Below, one piece after another: positions 44,568-52,865 of a DNA stretch of 64,000 nucleotides (position 1 is its first letter; every line of letters begins with the position of its first letter). This DNA is from Pseudomonadota bacterium (GTDB taxonomy: Bacteria; Pseudomonadota; Gammaproteobacteria; Xanthomonadales; Xanthomonadaceae). The stretch spans positions 12,744 through 76,743 of the forward strand of contig JAEWZE010000048.1 of the NCBI GenBank assembly GCA_023395465.1. Direction: 5' to 3'. Under the pieces are notes generated by a model that worked only from the letters and a program-made list of their open reading frames with translations, searched no databases and had not been told where the DNA came from. The position numbers and the translations under genes were made by a program.

Positions 44568-46087
44568 CGCGCCGCCACCGAGGCTTCAGCCTGATCGAGC
44601 TTCTCGTCGCGGTGGGTATTGCTCTGGCCGTGGTCTCCATCGGCGTCGTCTGGCTCAATGCCGAACGCCAGCGCGTGGCGCGCGGCGATGCCATCAAGGC
44701 CCAGGCCATCGAGATGGCCACGCTCGGACGCGCCCTCGACCAGTACCTGCGCGACAACGCAGCTCTCGTCCCGGAAGATGCTCCGATGCTGGTAACGCCT
44801 GAAGTGCTGGCGCAGGCAGGTCTACTTCCAGTGGACTTCGCGGTGCGCGATCGCTTCGGTTCGACGCCGGCCTCGCCACTGGGGCAGCCCTACATGCTCA
44901 TGGCGCGCAAGATCGAAGGCAGGGTGCGCGGCATTGCCCTCACAGCAAGCGGGCCCTCGCCTGCCGCGCTGGCCCGCCTGGGCATCAAAGGCACGGCGGA
45001 GGAGTTCGACGAACTCCAAGCGACCGTGTCCAGGACGATCCGCCAGCAGCATCATCTTGGCTCGGCGCTGGTTCGAGCCGGCGAAGTCAACGCCGACCGC
45101 CAGGTCTCCACCTTTGCCTACGACTTCACGCCCTTCGTTGAGACGGCGGTCCAGGCAGCGACGGTCGTCGCGCTGGCCGGATTCCCGGAGTTCGCGTCCA
45201 CCCCAGACATTCGCGTCACACTCGATCCGGATGGAGAGCCCGGCCAAGGAAATGGATCATCATCTTGTTCTGTGGTGGCCGCAGACAGGTCCTGTCCTGC
45301 AGAGACCAGTGAGGTGTTCGCTTGGGACGCCTGCGACTCACGCGCAAGCGAGGGGCCGCGGTCATTCAATGGGTCATTTGGGAACGTTGTCATCGCACCG
45401 ACGCCGCGCGAGTTCATAGAGGTCCATACCATCAATCCGGCGCCGAATGCGCCACCCAGCTTCAACTGTGCTGCCAATTATGGTGTCGCGCCCTACCTGA
45501 CCCGTTACGGATTGCACAACAGCAGTGCGTATGGAGATGAGTACCAGCGAATCTCGTTCACGGCTGCCCATACTAGTTCGATGTACGGATACGCCAAGCA
45601 TCCAATCGCAGGCCACTACGTTGTCAGCTCAACCACGATGTGGAGGGGATCGTGCACCTTGCCGCTGACCATCCCCAACAACATCTATCGAGCCACTCAT
45701 TCTTGCGCCGCGCTAGAGCAGTCGGAAGACTGGGATCGGGCGTACTACTCGCTTGGCGACGGTCAGCCCCCCGCGGATCAGTTCAACGGGCTTACCTTGG
45801 AGGGCCAACGTTTTCCCGTACCGGTAGGGTGGCGCACGGGGATGAGCGTCAAGTGGAACGGCAGCGAAATTGCACTAACGCCTGCGTGTAGGTATGGCTT
45901 GCCAGTCGACCGGCACAACGGTCCCTGGTCCGACCCTTGGTGGCGTACGGAACTTGGCGTCAGCACCTCAATCCCGCCCGTGTGTCCACCCGCCGAGCAT
46001 TCCTACAGCGGCACCTATGTGGACATGGCCTATACGCGGGTCTTCAATCCACCCCGTGCTGGCGGGGGAAAGATCTGCTGCAGCTGA
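44564..46087 (+). CDS. pilV: PilV-like tip-adhesin prepilin
   Basis: The signal is MTRRHRG/FSLIELLVAV. ATG overlaps the dsbC-like stop (ATGA). The C-terminal third is lower in GC. Confidence 0.7.
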   Translation: MTRRHRGFSLIELLVAVGIALAVVSIGVVWLNAERQRVARGDAIKAQAIEMATLGRALDQYLRDNAALVPEDAPMLVTPEVLAQAGLLPVDFAVRDRFGSTPASPLGQPYMLMARKIEGRVRGIALTASGPSPAALARLGIKGTAEEFDELQATVSRTIRQQHHLGSALVRAGEVNADRQVSTFAYDFTPFVETAVQAATVVALAGFPEFASTPDIRVTLDPDGEPGQGNGSSSCSVVAADRSCPAETSEVFAWDACDSRASEGPRSFNGSFGNVVIAPTPREFIEVHTINPAPNAPPSFNCAANYGVAPYLTRYGLHNSSAYGDEYQRISFTAAHTSSMYGYAKHPIAGHYVVSSTTMWRGSCTLPLTIPNNIYRATHSCAALEQSEDWDRAYYSLGDGQPPADQFNGLTLEGQRFPVPVGWRTGMSVKWNGSEIALTPACRYGLPVDRHNGPWSDPWWRTELGVSTSIPPVCPPAEHSYSGTYVDMAYTRVFNPPRAGGGKICCS

Positions 46088-46268
46088 TCTTCAGAGGACC
46101 GCCCGGGCCATTCACGCAAGCATGCCCATCACGGGCCCGGTTGCGCGCCTGCGAACGCGCGCGCCCTCCTAGCATTTCCTTCGCTCGACGCGCCCAGCGT
46201 CCTGACTGGACGGTGGGTGGCGCGCACGACGCACGCAATGTCGGGAACCGAGACCCACATCGCAGAAC

Positions 46269-46301
46269 GTAAGTTTCAGCGCGGTTGCGCCGTGGTGTTC
46301 T
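46269..46301 (+). promoter_or_regulatory. Recurrent promoter-like element
   Basis: Box GTAAGTTTC at 46269-46277 and hexamer TGTTCT at 46296-46301, 35 nt before ATG 46336. Confidence 0.4.
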
Positions 46302-46335
46302 GGGTCAGACCAAACCGGGAACCGAAGGATTCTTC

Positions 46336-49035
46336 ATGAAAACGCAGTACCGCTACACCACGCTCTCGATCGCCCTGGCCGCTGCTCTGTCCGCATGCGG
46401 CGGCGGTGGCGGCAATACCCGCTCCGACGCGCCGCCGCCGCCGCCGACCACCCCGCCGGCCCCGGCCGTGTGCGAGGACGAGAACGCCACCAACACCGGT
46501 GGCCTGCTGCCCTGCACCTATCGCTACAGCGGCCGTCAGGACAACCTGCTGGTGCCGGTGAATGCTGACCTGGCCCATGGTGAAGGCTTCACCGGCAAGG
46601 ACGTGAAGGTCGGCGTGTTGGACGACGCCCTGGTGCCGGCGTACGCACCGCTCGAAGGCACAGTCGCGTGGCAGCGCAACTACGTCGAGGGACAGCCGGA
46701 GACCAAGCCGGGCCACGGCACTGTCGCCGCCACGACCCTCCTCGGGCGCGCCACCGGCGATTTCGACGGCGGTATTGCGCCGGACGCGCAGCTCTACATG
46801 GCGACGGTCTGCTCGGATGTGGGCTGCGACAACACCCGCGCAGGCGAGGCGATCCGCGACATGGGCGAGCAGGGCGTCCGCATCTTCAACGCATCGTACG
46901 GTGGCAGCTCCGTCGAGAGCCTCGATGAGGCCGCTGCGCGCAGCTACGCCCGCGTCTATCGATCCCTGGTGGACGTTGACGGCCTGCTGGTGTCGAGCGC
47001 AGGCAACGATGGTGGAGCCAATCCGGGCACCATCGCGGGCATGCCTGTCGTGGATGCCGATTTCCTCGGACGCTATATCACCGCCGCCGCTGGCGCGGTT
47101 GACAGCAAGGGCAACGTCACCGAGCTGGCAGAGTTCTCCAACCAGTGTGGCTTCGCTGCCGAGTGGTGCATCACCGCGCCGGGTCTGGTGAGTCTTCCGG
47201 CGGTTCCTGGCACGGAGTACGTGTCCGGCGCGCAGGGGACGAGCATCGCCGCACCGATCGTGGCCGGCGCCGCGGCCCTCGTGCTGCAGGCCTTCCCGTG
47301 GATGAGCGCACGCAACATGCAGCAGACCATTCTGACCACCGCGACAGATCTGGGCGCGCCCGGTGTGGACGCCGTGTTTGGCTGGGGTCTGCTCAACGTC
47401 GACCGCGCCGTGCGCGGACCGGGCCAGTTCCAGGGCGCCGACTTCGTGGCCAACGTGCAGGGCGGCAACTTCGCGTTCACCAACGACATCACCGGTGACG
47501 CTGGCCTGATCAAGGAAGGTGCGGGCGGTCTCGGGCTGGTGGGCGACCACACCTATACCGGCCTGACCCGTGTCACCGCCGGCGCGCTGGCACTCACCGG
47601 CACTCTGGCGTCGGACGTGCTGGTCGAAGCGGGCGCCCGCTTCGGTGCCTATGGCGCGACCCTCGGCGGCGACTACACCGCTGAGGCCGGGTCGATCACC
47701 TCCGTGCAGGTCGGCGATCCGCTGGCAGTGACCGGCACCGCCACGCTGGCGGGCGAGCTGGCGCTGCGTGCGGCGAAGGGTGACTACACCGTCCAGGACA
47801 CCGAGACCGTCCTGACCGGCGGCACGGTCGCCGGGACGTTCGATCAGGTCACGGTGGATTCGGGCTTCTTCTACTCCGCCACCCTGTCCTACACGGACCA
47901 GTCGGTCATCGCCAACCTGACGCGCGCCAAGGCCGCGGCGAACGCCGCGCGCATGAAGTCCGCCCAGTCGGTGGTCGATGGCGCGGGCCAAGTGGACGCG
48001 CTGTTCGACTTCACCGACTCGCTGGTGCTGGCGGGCAATACCCACGGTCGCGAGGCGCTGGTCGCCGCCGCCGGCCGCCTAATGGCTTCCGACAAGGCGA
48101 CGGCGGAGCTTTCGCTGGCCAGCCTGACCGGGCAGGTGCACGGCACGGTGCGCGCCGTCGGCGTGCAAGGCGCGCTCAACACCGGCAACCTGCTGGCGCA
48201 GCGCGTGGATGCGCTCAAGGGTGATGCACAGGACGGCGTGTGGATCGAGGCCAATGGCACGGATGGCGAGCTGGCCCGGAGCGGCTACGCGACCGCCGAC
48301 TACCGCCAGAGCGGCGTGACCATGGGCCTGGACCGCAACATCGGCGACGCGGCGGTGGGTATCGCGCTGTCGAGCGGCCGCAACCGCGCCGAGATCGACG
48401 CGCTGGGCGGCTCGTACAAGGGCGACCGGCTCGGCGTGGCGGTCTACGGCCGCGCCGACTTCGGCCCGGCCTACGTGAGCGGCTCGCTGGCCTACGAGGA
48501 AGTCGACGTGGACACCCGCCGGGAGATCGTGACCGGCAACGCTTCCGAGACGGTGACTGCCAAGCGCGAGGATGCGAGCTTTCACGGCCGGCTCGAGGCG
48601 GGCTACCAGCTCGGCAACGGCTTCTCTCCGTTCGTCGCCGGCGGCCTGATCGAGCACCAGCAGGGCGCGTTCGCCGAAGACAGCCAGAGCGGCCTGGGCC
48701 TGGCCGCAGGCAAGGACAGCGCCACGGTGGGCTACGCCGACCTGGGCCTGCGCTACTTCGGCACCAGCGGCGCGTTCTCCTACGGCGGCCTGATCGCCGG
48801 CCGCACGCTGCTCACCGGCGACCGCGCCAACTTCCGTGGCTGGTTCACGGGCGCGCCGGAGGCCAGCTTCATCGTCGCCGGGCAGGCCATCCCCTCCGAC
48901 GCGCTGCGCATCGGCGGCAACGCCAGCTTCCGCGCCGCCAACGGCTGGGAGTGGTTCGGTTCGATCGGTGGTGAGCGCGCCAGCGGCCAGAGCGACAACG
49001 TGTTCGGCTCGCTGGGCGTGAAGGTCAGCTTCTAA
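46336..49035 (+). CDS. Autotransporter with an S8 (subtilisin-like) protease passenger
   Basis: Lipobox LSAC. The triad contexts are VGVLDDA, GHGTVAAT and GTSIAAP. The C-terminal beta-barrel region ends ...GSLGVKVSF. Confidence 0.8.
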   Translation: MKTQYRYTTLSIALAAALSACGGGGGNTRSDAPPPPPTTPPAPAVCEDENATNTGGLLPCTYRYSGRQDNLLVPVNADLAHGEGFTGKDVKVGVLDDALVPAYAPLEGTVAWQRNYVEGQPETKPGHGTVAATTLLGRATGDFDGGIAPDAQLYMATVCSDVGCDNTRAGEAIRDMGEQGVRIFNASYGGSSVESLDEAAARSYARVYRSLVDVDGLLVSSAGNDGGANPGTIAGMPVVDADFLGRYITAAAGAVDSKGNVTELAEFSNQCGFAAEWCITAPGLVSLPAVPGTEYVSGAQGTSIAAPIVAGAAALVLQAFPWMSARNMQQTILTTATDLGAPGVDAVFGWGLLNVDRAVRGPGQFQGADFVANVQGGNFAFTNDITGDAGLIKEGAGGLGLVGDHTYTGLTRVTAGALALTGTLASDVLVEAGARFGAYGATLGGDYTAEAGSITSVQVGDPLAVTGTATLAGELALRAAKGDYTVQDTETVLTGGTVAGTFDQVTVDSGFFYSATLSYTDQSVIANLTRAKAAANAARMKSAQSVVDGAGQVDALFDFTDSLVLAGNTHGREALVAAAGRLMASDKATAELSLASLTGQVHGTVRAVGVQGALNTGNLLAQRVDALKGDAQDGVWIEANGTDGELARSGYATADYRQSGVTMGLDRNIGDAAVGIALSSGRNRAEIDALGGSYKGDRLGVAVYGRADFGPAYVSGSLAYEEVDVDTRREIVTGNASETVTAKREDASFHGRLEAGYQLGNGFSPFVAGGLIEHQQGAFAEDSQSGLGLAAGKDSATVGYADLGLRYFGTSGAFSYGGLIAGRTLLTGDRANFRGWFTGAPEASFIVAGQAIPSDALRIGGNASFRAANGWEWFGSIGGERASGQSDNVFGSLGVKVSF

Positions 49036-49126
49036 GCTCCACCCTGCTACACCCTGCCGCCCTGCGGCGGACGCCCGGATCCCGGCCGGCGTTCGTCGTG
49101 GGGCTTTTTATTGCTCGCGCGCCGGC

Positions 49127-50038
49127 CTATGCCGCTATGCGGTGCTCGTAATACGGCCGCTGCCGGTCCTCAAGAATCGCCTGCAGATCGTCCTTGCTGC
49201 GGTCCTGCGGCGAGAGCCAGGCAACGACGTGCTCCGGCTTGATGGGGATGATGCAGCGGTCGTGTCCGGCTTCGGCTACCTCGGCCGGCGGTTCGTCCGT
49301 CACCGCCGCGAAGGTATATATCTGCGCGCCGTCCTCGTCGGTCACCTTGGTCCACAGGCACGCAACGATCATGTCTTGGCCGTCGCTGGGCTTGAACTCC
49401 AGCACCTGGTCCTGGCCATCTCGATCGACGTGCTCGAAGAACGACGACGCCAGCATCACGCCATGGTTGCGTCCGAAGACCTGGCGCCACGCCGTCTCGA
49501 GCTTGTCGCGCCTGGCGTTGTAGGTGCCTGGATACTTCCGTTCCACTTCCTCCGTCCAGCCTGGAAGGCGGCACCGGTAGCGCATCGCACGCAACACGTA
49601 ACGTCCATCCTCGAGGACCACGACCGGCGCATAGTGCCCTGGGAACACGCGACCCCGGTTGCCGGGGTCCGATTTCAGCTCGTCCAGGCGACGCTGGGCA
49701 CGCTGAAGCATGTCGTTCCCGATGCGGATGTCCTCGCGGGCCTTCTTCGTCTCGCGCTTCTGCAACGCCCGCTCTGCAGCGACCACCCTGGCCCGCTGCT
49801 TGGAAATCGTCTGCGTGAGCTGGTCGATCTCGACCTGATCCGCCTCGCGCACAGCGGCCTGTATGTCGGGCGGTGCCAGCTCCAACGCCTGGCGTTCGAA
49901 CACGCGCGGGATCTTCTTGCGCTTGCCCTTCTTGTCCGCGCTCCAGAACGTCTTGACGTACCAGTCGACATCTACCGGCCGACCCAGCACCCGCTCGAAC
50001 TTGCGCACTTCGGCGTACACCTGCGCGGAGTAGCACAT
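49127..50038 (-). CDS. SOS response-associated peptidase (SRAP/YedK family), long form
   Basis: The N-terminus is Met-Cys (MCYSAQV). Other matching segments are GVMLASSFFEH and HDRCIIPI. A coiled-coil insert is present. Confidence 0.55.
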   Translation of the reverse strand: MCYSAQVYAEVRKFERVLGRPVDVDWYVKTFWSADKKGKRKKIPRVFERQALELAPPDIQAAVREADQVEIDQLTQTISKQRARVVAAERALQKRETKKAREDIRIGNDMLQRAQRRLDELKSDPGNRGRVFPGHYAPVVVLEDGRYVLRAMRYRCRLPGWTEEVERKYPGTYNARRDKLETAWRQVFGRNHGVMLASSFFEHVDRDGQDQVLEFKPSDGQDMIVACLWTKVTDEDGAQIYTFAAVTDEPPAEVAEAGHDRCIIPIKPEHVVAWLSPQDRSKDDLQAILEDRQRPYYEHRIAA

Positions 50039-50041
50039 GGC

Positions 50042-50284
50042 TCAGTCCATCACGTCGTCGGCGATGTCATCGGGTCCGCCGTACTCGCGGTGCGCGTCGT
50101 CCACGACGGACAGGTAGGCCTCGCGCAGGTCCGGGTCCGCGTCGTCGGCGAAGGCCTGGGCTTCAAGGTCACCTGCGCGCGCGCCGAACTCGGACCAGAA
50201 CTCGCGGCGCGTACGCCCCGATCGCTCGAAGCTGCGCAGCCAGGCGGCCAGGTGGTTCAGCGCGGTCGTCTGTTCGGGGGTCAT
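50042..50284 (-). CDS. Hypothetical acidic protein upstream of SRAP
   Basis: ATG at 50284. The stop lies 3 nt before the SRAP start. Confidence 0.45.
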   Translation of the reverse strand: MTPEQTTALNHLAAWLRSFERSGRTRREFWSEFGARAGDLEAQAFADDADPDLREAYLSVVDDAHREYGGPDDIADDVMD

Positions 50285-50363
50285 GGCCGGATGGTACGCC
50301 GCCACGGCCATCGATCCCACCGTACCGGTCGCCCCGCCGCACCCGTGTTCAGCCCCTCTCCAT

Positions 50364-50396
50364 GCAATTTTCTGGCGCCTCGCGATCCCGCATCGT
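50364..50396 (+). promoter_or_regulatory. Recurrent promoter-like element
   Basis: Box GCAATTTTC at 50364-50372 and hexamer CATCGT at 50391-50396, 43 nt before ATG 50439. Confidence 0.4.
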
Positions 50397-50438
50397 GTCC
50401 TTAACAGGGCGCTGCCCTTCAACGGACGACGAGCGAGC

Positions 50439-50867
50439 ATGAGCATCATCGACAAGGGGCGGGACATCATCCGCACGGAGGGCCACCTGGTCATCGCCAC
50501 CGGCGAGCCGGTCCGGATCTCGTACACGGTGGGTCTGACGCCCCGTCTGGGCTACGAGGTCTTCGTGATCGGGCTGCCCGTTAACGTCGCGCAGCACGTC
50601 CTCAACACGCTGGCTTCCACACTGGTCGAGAGCGAGATTGCCGACCGAGTTCCGGTCGATGAGGTGGCCAACGTGCCGCTGCGCCTGTCCTTCGTGCCGC
50701 TGGACACCACGCCTGCCACCGTCGCGCGCCTGCGCATGATCCCCGCCCTCGGGTACGCACCGCAGCGCATGCGGCAACTGCTGATCCCCGACACCGAGGG
50801 CGTCTTCCCCGGCGAGGAAGGCTACTCGCTTCCGTTCGCGCAGACGCTCGATGAAACAGGCATCTGA
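50439..50867 (+). CDS. DUF4262-like protein
   Basis: The segment ISYTVGLTPRLGYEVFVIGLP resembles the DUF4262 core (from memory). Confidence 0.5.
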   Translation: MSIIDKGRDIIRTEGHLVIATGEPVRISYTVGLTPRLGYEVFVIGLPVNVAQHVLNTLASTLVESEIADRVPVDEVANVPLRLSFVPLDTTPATVARLRMIPALGYAPQRMRQLLIPDTEGVFPGEEGYSLPFAQTLDETGI

Positions 50868-50908
50868 CCACTTCCCGTCCCCTTCCACTTCCCCTTGCAG
50901 GAGTCCTC

Positions 50909-51322
50909 ATGGCCAACTACGCCGCCGTCGCGCGCAGCAACTACTTTTCCGTCAAGGACATCGACGCCTTCAGGCTGGAGATGGCCAAGGTGTCGGACAT
51001 CCACGTCGAGTGCCTGGGCGAGGGCGAGTCGCAGACCGTCGCCCTGTTCTGCCAGACCGATGACGGCTGGCCGTCGGAGTATTACCCCGACGAGGTACTC
51101 GCCGATCCGGTGAGCATCGATCTGCCGGCGATGGTCGCCTCCCACCTCGCTGAGGGGTCGGTGGCGGTGTTTCTCGAGTCGGGCAACGAGGGCCTGCGCT
51201 TTGTCGGAGGCCACGCGACGGCGGTGGACGCCGCCGGGGAGCGGGTGGATCTCAACCTCCACGACATCTTCAAGCTGGCCAGCGGCCGGCTGCGCGGGGA
51301 GGCGCTCAACCGATGGGCCTGA
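50909..51322 (+). CDS. Hypothetical protein
   Basis: AGGAG lies 7 nt upstream of the ATG. Confidence 0.5.
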   Translation: MANYAAVARSNYFSVKDIDAFRLEMAKVSDIHVECLGEGESQTVALFCQTDDGWPSEYYPDEVLADPVSIDLPAMVASHLAEGSVAVFLESGNEGLRFVGGHATAVDAAGERVDLNLHDIFKLASGRLRGEALNRWA

Positions 51323-51828
51323 GCCGCCGGGCTGTCCGGTTGCGCGCGGCTGGTATGCTCCGGCGCGTGGAAGAACGCCGGCGCCCTCCAGGCGCGTCCG
51401 CCGTCGATTTCCTGGCCGACGTGCTCGCTGACGACCAGCCGTCCCGGCGGCTGGTCGAGGCCGCGCACGCCCTCGTGGATGCCTTGGAGGGGGTGATCAC
51501 CCCTGCGGAGGCCCGCCACTTCCACGAGGCTCTGGCCAGTAAGGTCGCGCTCGTGCAGGTCACCGCGGCCCCCGCGCCTGAAGCGCCAGCGCCCAACCCG
51601 GACCCCGACGGACCCATCGCCCGCCTGCACGCCAAGCGCGATCGCCTCGAGGAGCTGCTGACCAAGGGCCGCCTGACCCGGACCGAAGCCACCGAAGCCA
51701 ACAGCCTGGTGAGCAACCTCGAAGTCCACTCCGTCATCGACGCCGCTGAGTCCGATGCCCTGCTCGCCCGCATCCACAAAGCGGCGACGCACGGCGATGC
51801 CTCGTCCTCAGTGGCCGCTGCTCCGTAG
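51313..51828 (+). CDS. Hypothetical protein
   Basis: Overlaps the upstream gene by 10 nt. An alternative ATG is at 51355. Confidence 0.4.
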   Translation: MGLSRRAVRLRAAGMLRRVEERRRPPGASAVDFLADVLADDQPSRRLVEAAHALVDALEGVITPAEARHFHEALASKVALVQVTAAPAPEAPAPNPDPDGPIARLHAKRDRLEELLTKGRLTRTEATEANSLVSNLEVHSVIDAAESDALLARIHKAATHGDASSSVAAAP

Positions 51829-52182
51829 GACGGCCCCGACCAGGGCGGCGATGCGCCTCTGGCCAACCTCGCCGGCGGTGCGGTAGGCGGTGAGCAGCGC
51901 CACTTCCTGCTCCGTCAACGTGCCGCCCAGCGTGGATCCGAAGTAGAGGGCATCCAGCGGCACACCGTGGTCGCGCGCGATCAGCGCCACACAGTGCAGG
52001 TCGGGCCGCCGCAACCCGTTGAGCCAAGCATTGGCCGTGACCCTCGAGACACCGTAGCGTCCGGCCAGGTAGGCACCCGCCCCGCGCCGTGGCTGGCCAT
52101 GCGCCGCAAGCACCTCCCGCAGCCGCTCTGCGAACGCTTCCGCCTCAGCCTTCCTGCGTGCCCTCGTGCTGCTCCTGACCAT
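51808..52182 (-). CDS. HTH (Cro/CI-like) transcriptional regulator
   Basis: ATG at 52182 has GAGGAG upstream. The HTH-like segment is YLAGRYGVSRVTANAWLNG. Confidence 0.55.
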   Translation of the reverse strand: MVRSSTRARRKAEAEAFAERLREVLAAHGQPRRGAGAYLAGRYGVSRVTANAWLNGLRRPDLHCVALIARDHGVPLDALYFGSTLGGTLTEQEVALLTAYRTAGEVGQRRIAALVGAVLRSSGH

Positions 52183-52283
52183 CGCGCCACCGCGCTCCTC
52201 GTTGCAAGGCCCCCCGACCGTAGCAGGCGGACGGTCAACGTTCGGGCATGGCGCGGGTAAAGCGTAGGCACCGCCACGCGCGG

Positions 52284-52721
52284 TCAGCTTTCGTCCCACA
52301 CCTCCACGTACAACCACTCATCGCGGTCGCAGTCCACGAAGGCATGGGCGTCGAGAAACGTCTCGCCGCGCCACTTCTCGGTCGCGACATCGCCGCCACC
52401 GATAAGCCAGCGATCGCGCGCGTCCGGCGGCTTTGGGATAAGCCGCGGAAGCAGGTCGATCGCCCTGCCGGTGTAGTGGAAGGGATAGCCGTTGCCGCCG
52501 AGGAACAGGATCGACCCGGCCTGGGCGAGATCATCGAGCCAACGCTTTCCAGGCGTGGAGGCCTGCCATTCGGCCACCAGCCCGCCGCGCGGCGCATCGA
52601 CCGGAGCAGGCTGCCTCCCACCGTCGAGCTGGCGGTGCACCGCCATGAACCATCCGAGCATTAGCGTCCCCGTGCGCTGGCGAATCCACATCGGACAGCG
52701 TAGCCGCAGCGGGCGACTCAT
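52284..52721 (-). CDS. Hypothetical protein (start uncertain)
   Basis: The distal two-thirds have a plausible composition (…GSILFLGGNGYPFHYTGRAIDLL…DEWLYVEVWDES). Candidate starts are at 52721, 52691 and 52661. Confidence 0.4.
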   Translation of the reverse strand: MSRPLRLRCPMWIRQRTGTLMLGWFMAVHRQLDGGRQPAPVDAPRGGLVAEWQASTPGKRWLDDLAQAGSILFLGGNGYPFHYTGRAIDLLPRLIPKPPDARDRWLIGGGDVATEKWRGETFLDAHAFVDCDRDEWLYVEVWDES

Positions 52722-52804
52722 CCAACGTGGACCGCAGGCTTCAGTCGCCGCCCACGCACCCCCGCCAGGTCGCGACTCGGTCACTACGCACGACGCTGAG
52801 AGCG

Positions 52805-52837
52805 CTAAGTTTCAACGATCTCGCGGGGTGTTGAGAT
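52805..52837 (+). promoter_or_regulatory. Recurrent promoter-like element
   Basis: Box CTAAGTTTC at 52805-52813 and hexamer TGAGAT at 52832-52837, 29 nt before ATG 52866. Confidence 0.4.
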
Positions 52838-52865
52838 TGACCCATACCCACCGCGAGACGAACAC

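Noticed and set aside
44564-46087. Shufflon at the pilV 3' end, as in R64.
   Set aside because: I found no inverted 19-bp-type repeats, no alternative C-terminal segments and no rci recombinase downstream. The gene ends cleanly and the autotransporter follows.
46276-48045. Long minus-strand ORFs opposite recognised genes. Examples are 46276-48045 (589 aa), 36740-38215, 33338-34618, 30048-31544, 21470-23131, 9088-10479, 54325-55599, 16584-17876 and 1103-2458.
   Set aside because: These are typical high-GC shadow ORFs. Their products are Arg/Gly/Ala/Pro-rich with no motifs, and each lies antisense to a + strand gene with clear family signatures or better composition.
49036-49126. Terminator between the convergent autotransporter and SRAP genes.
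   Set aside because: Several short GC stems are present (CCGCC..GGCGG and ACGCC..GGCGT), and CTTTTTA occurs once. No clean stem plus T-tract arrangement could be defined for either strand.
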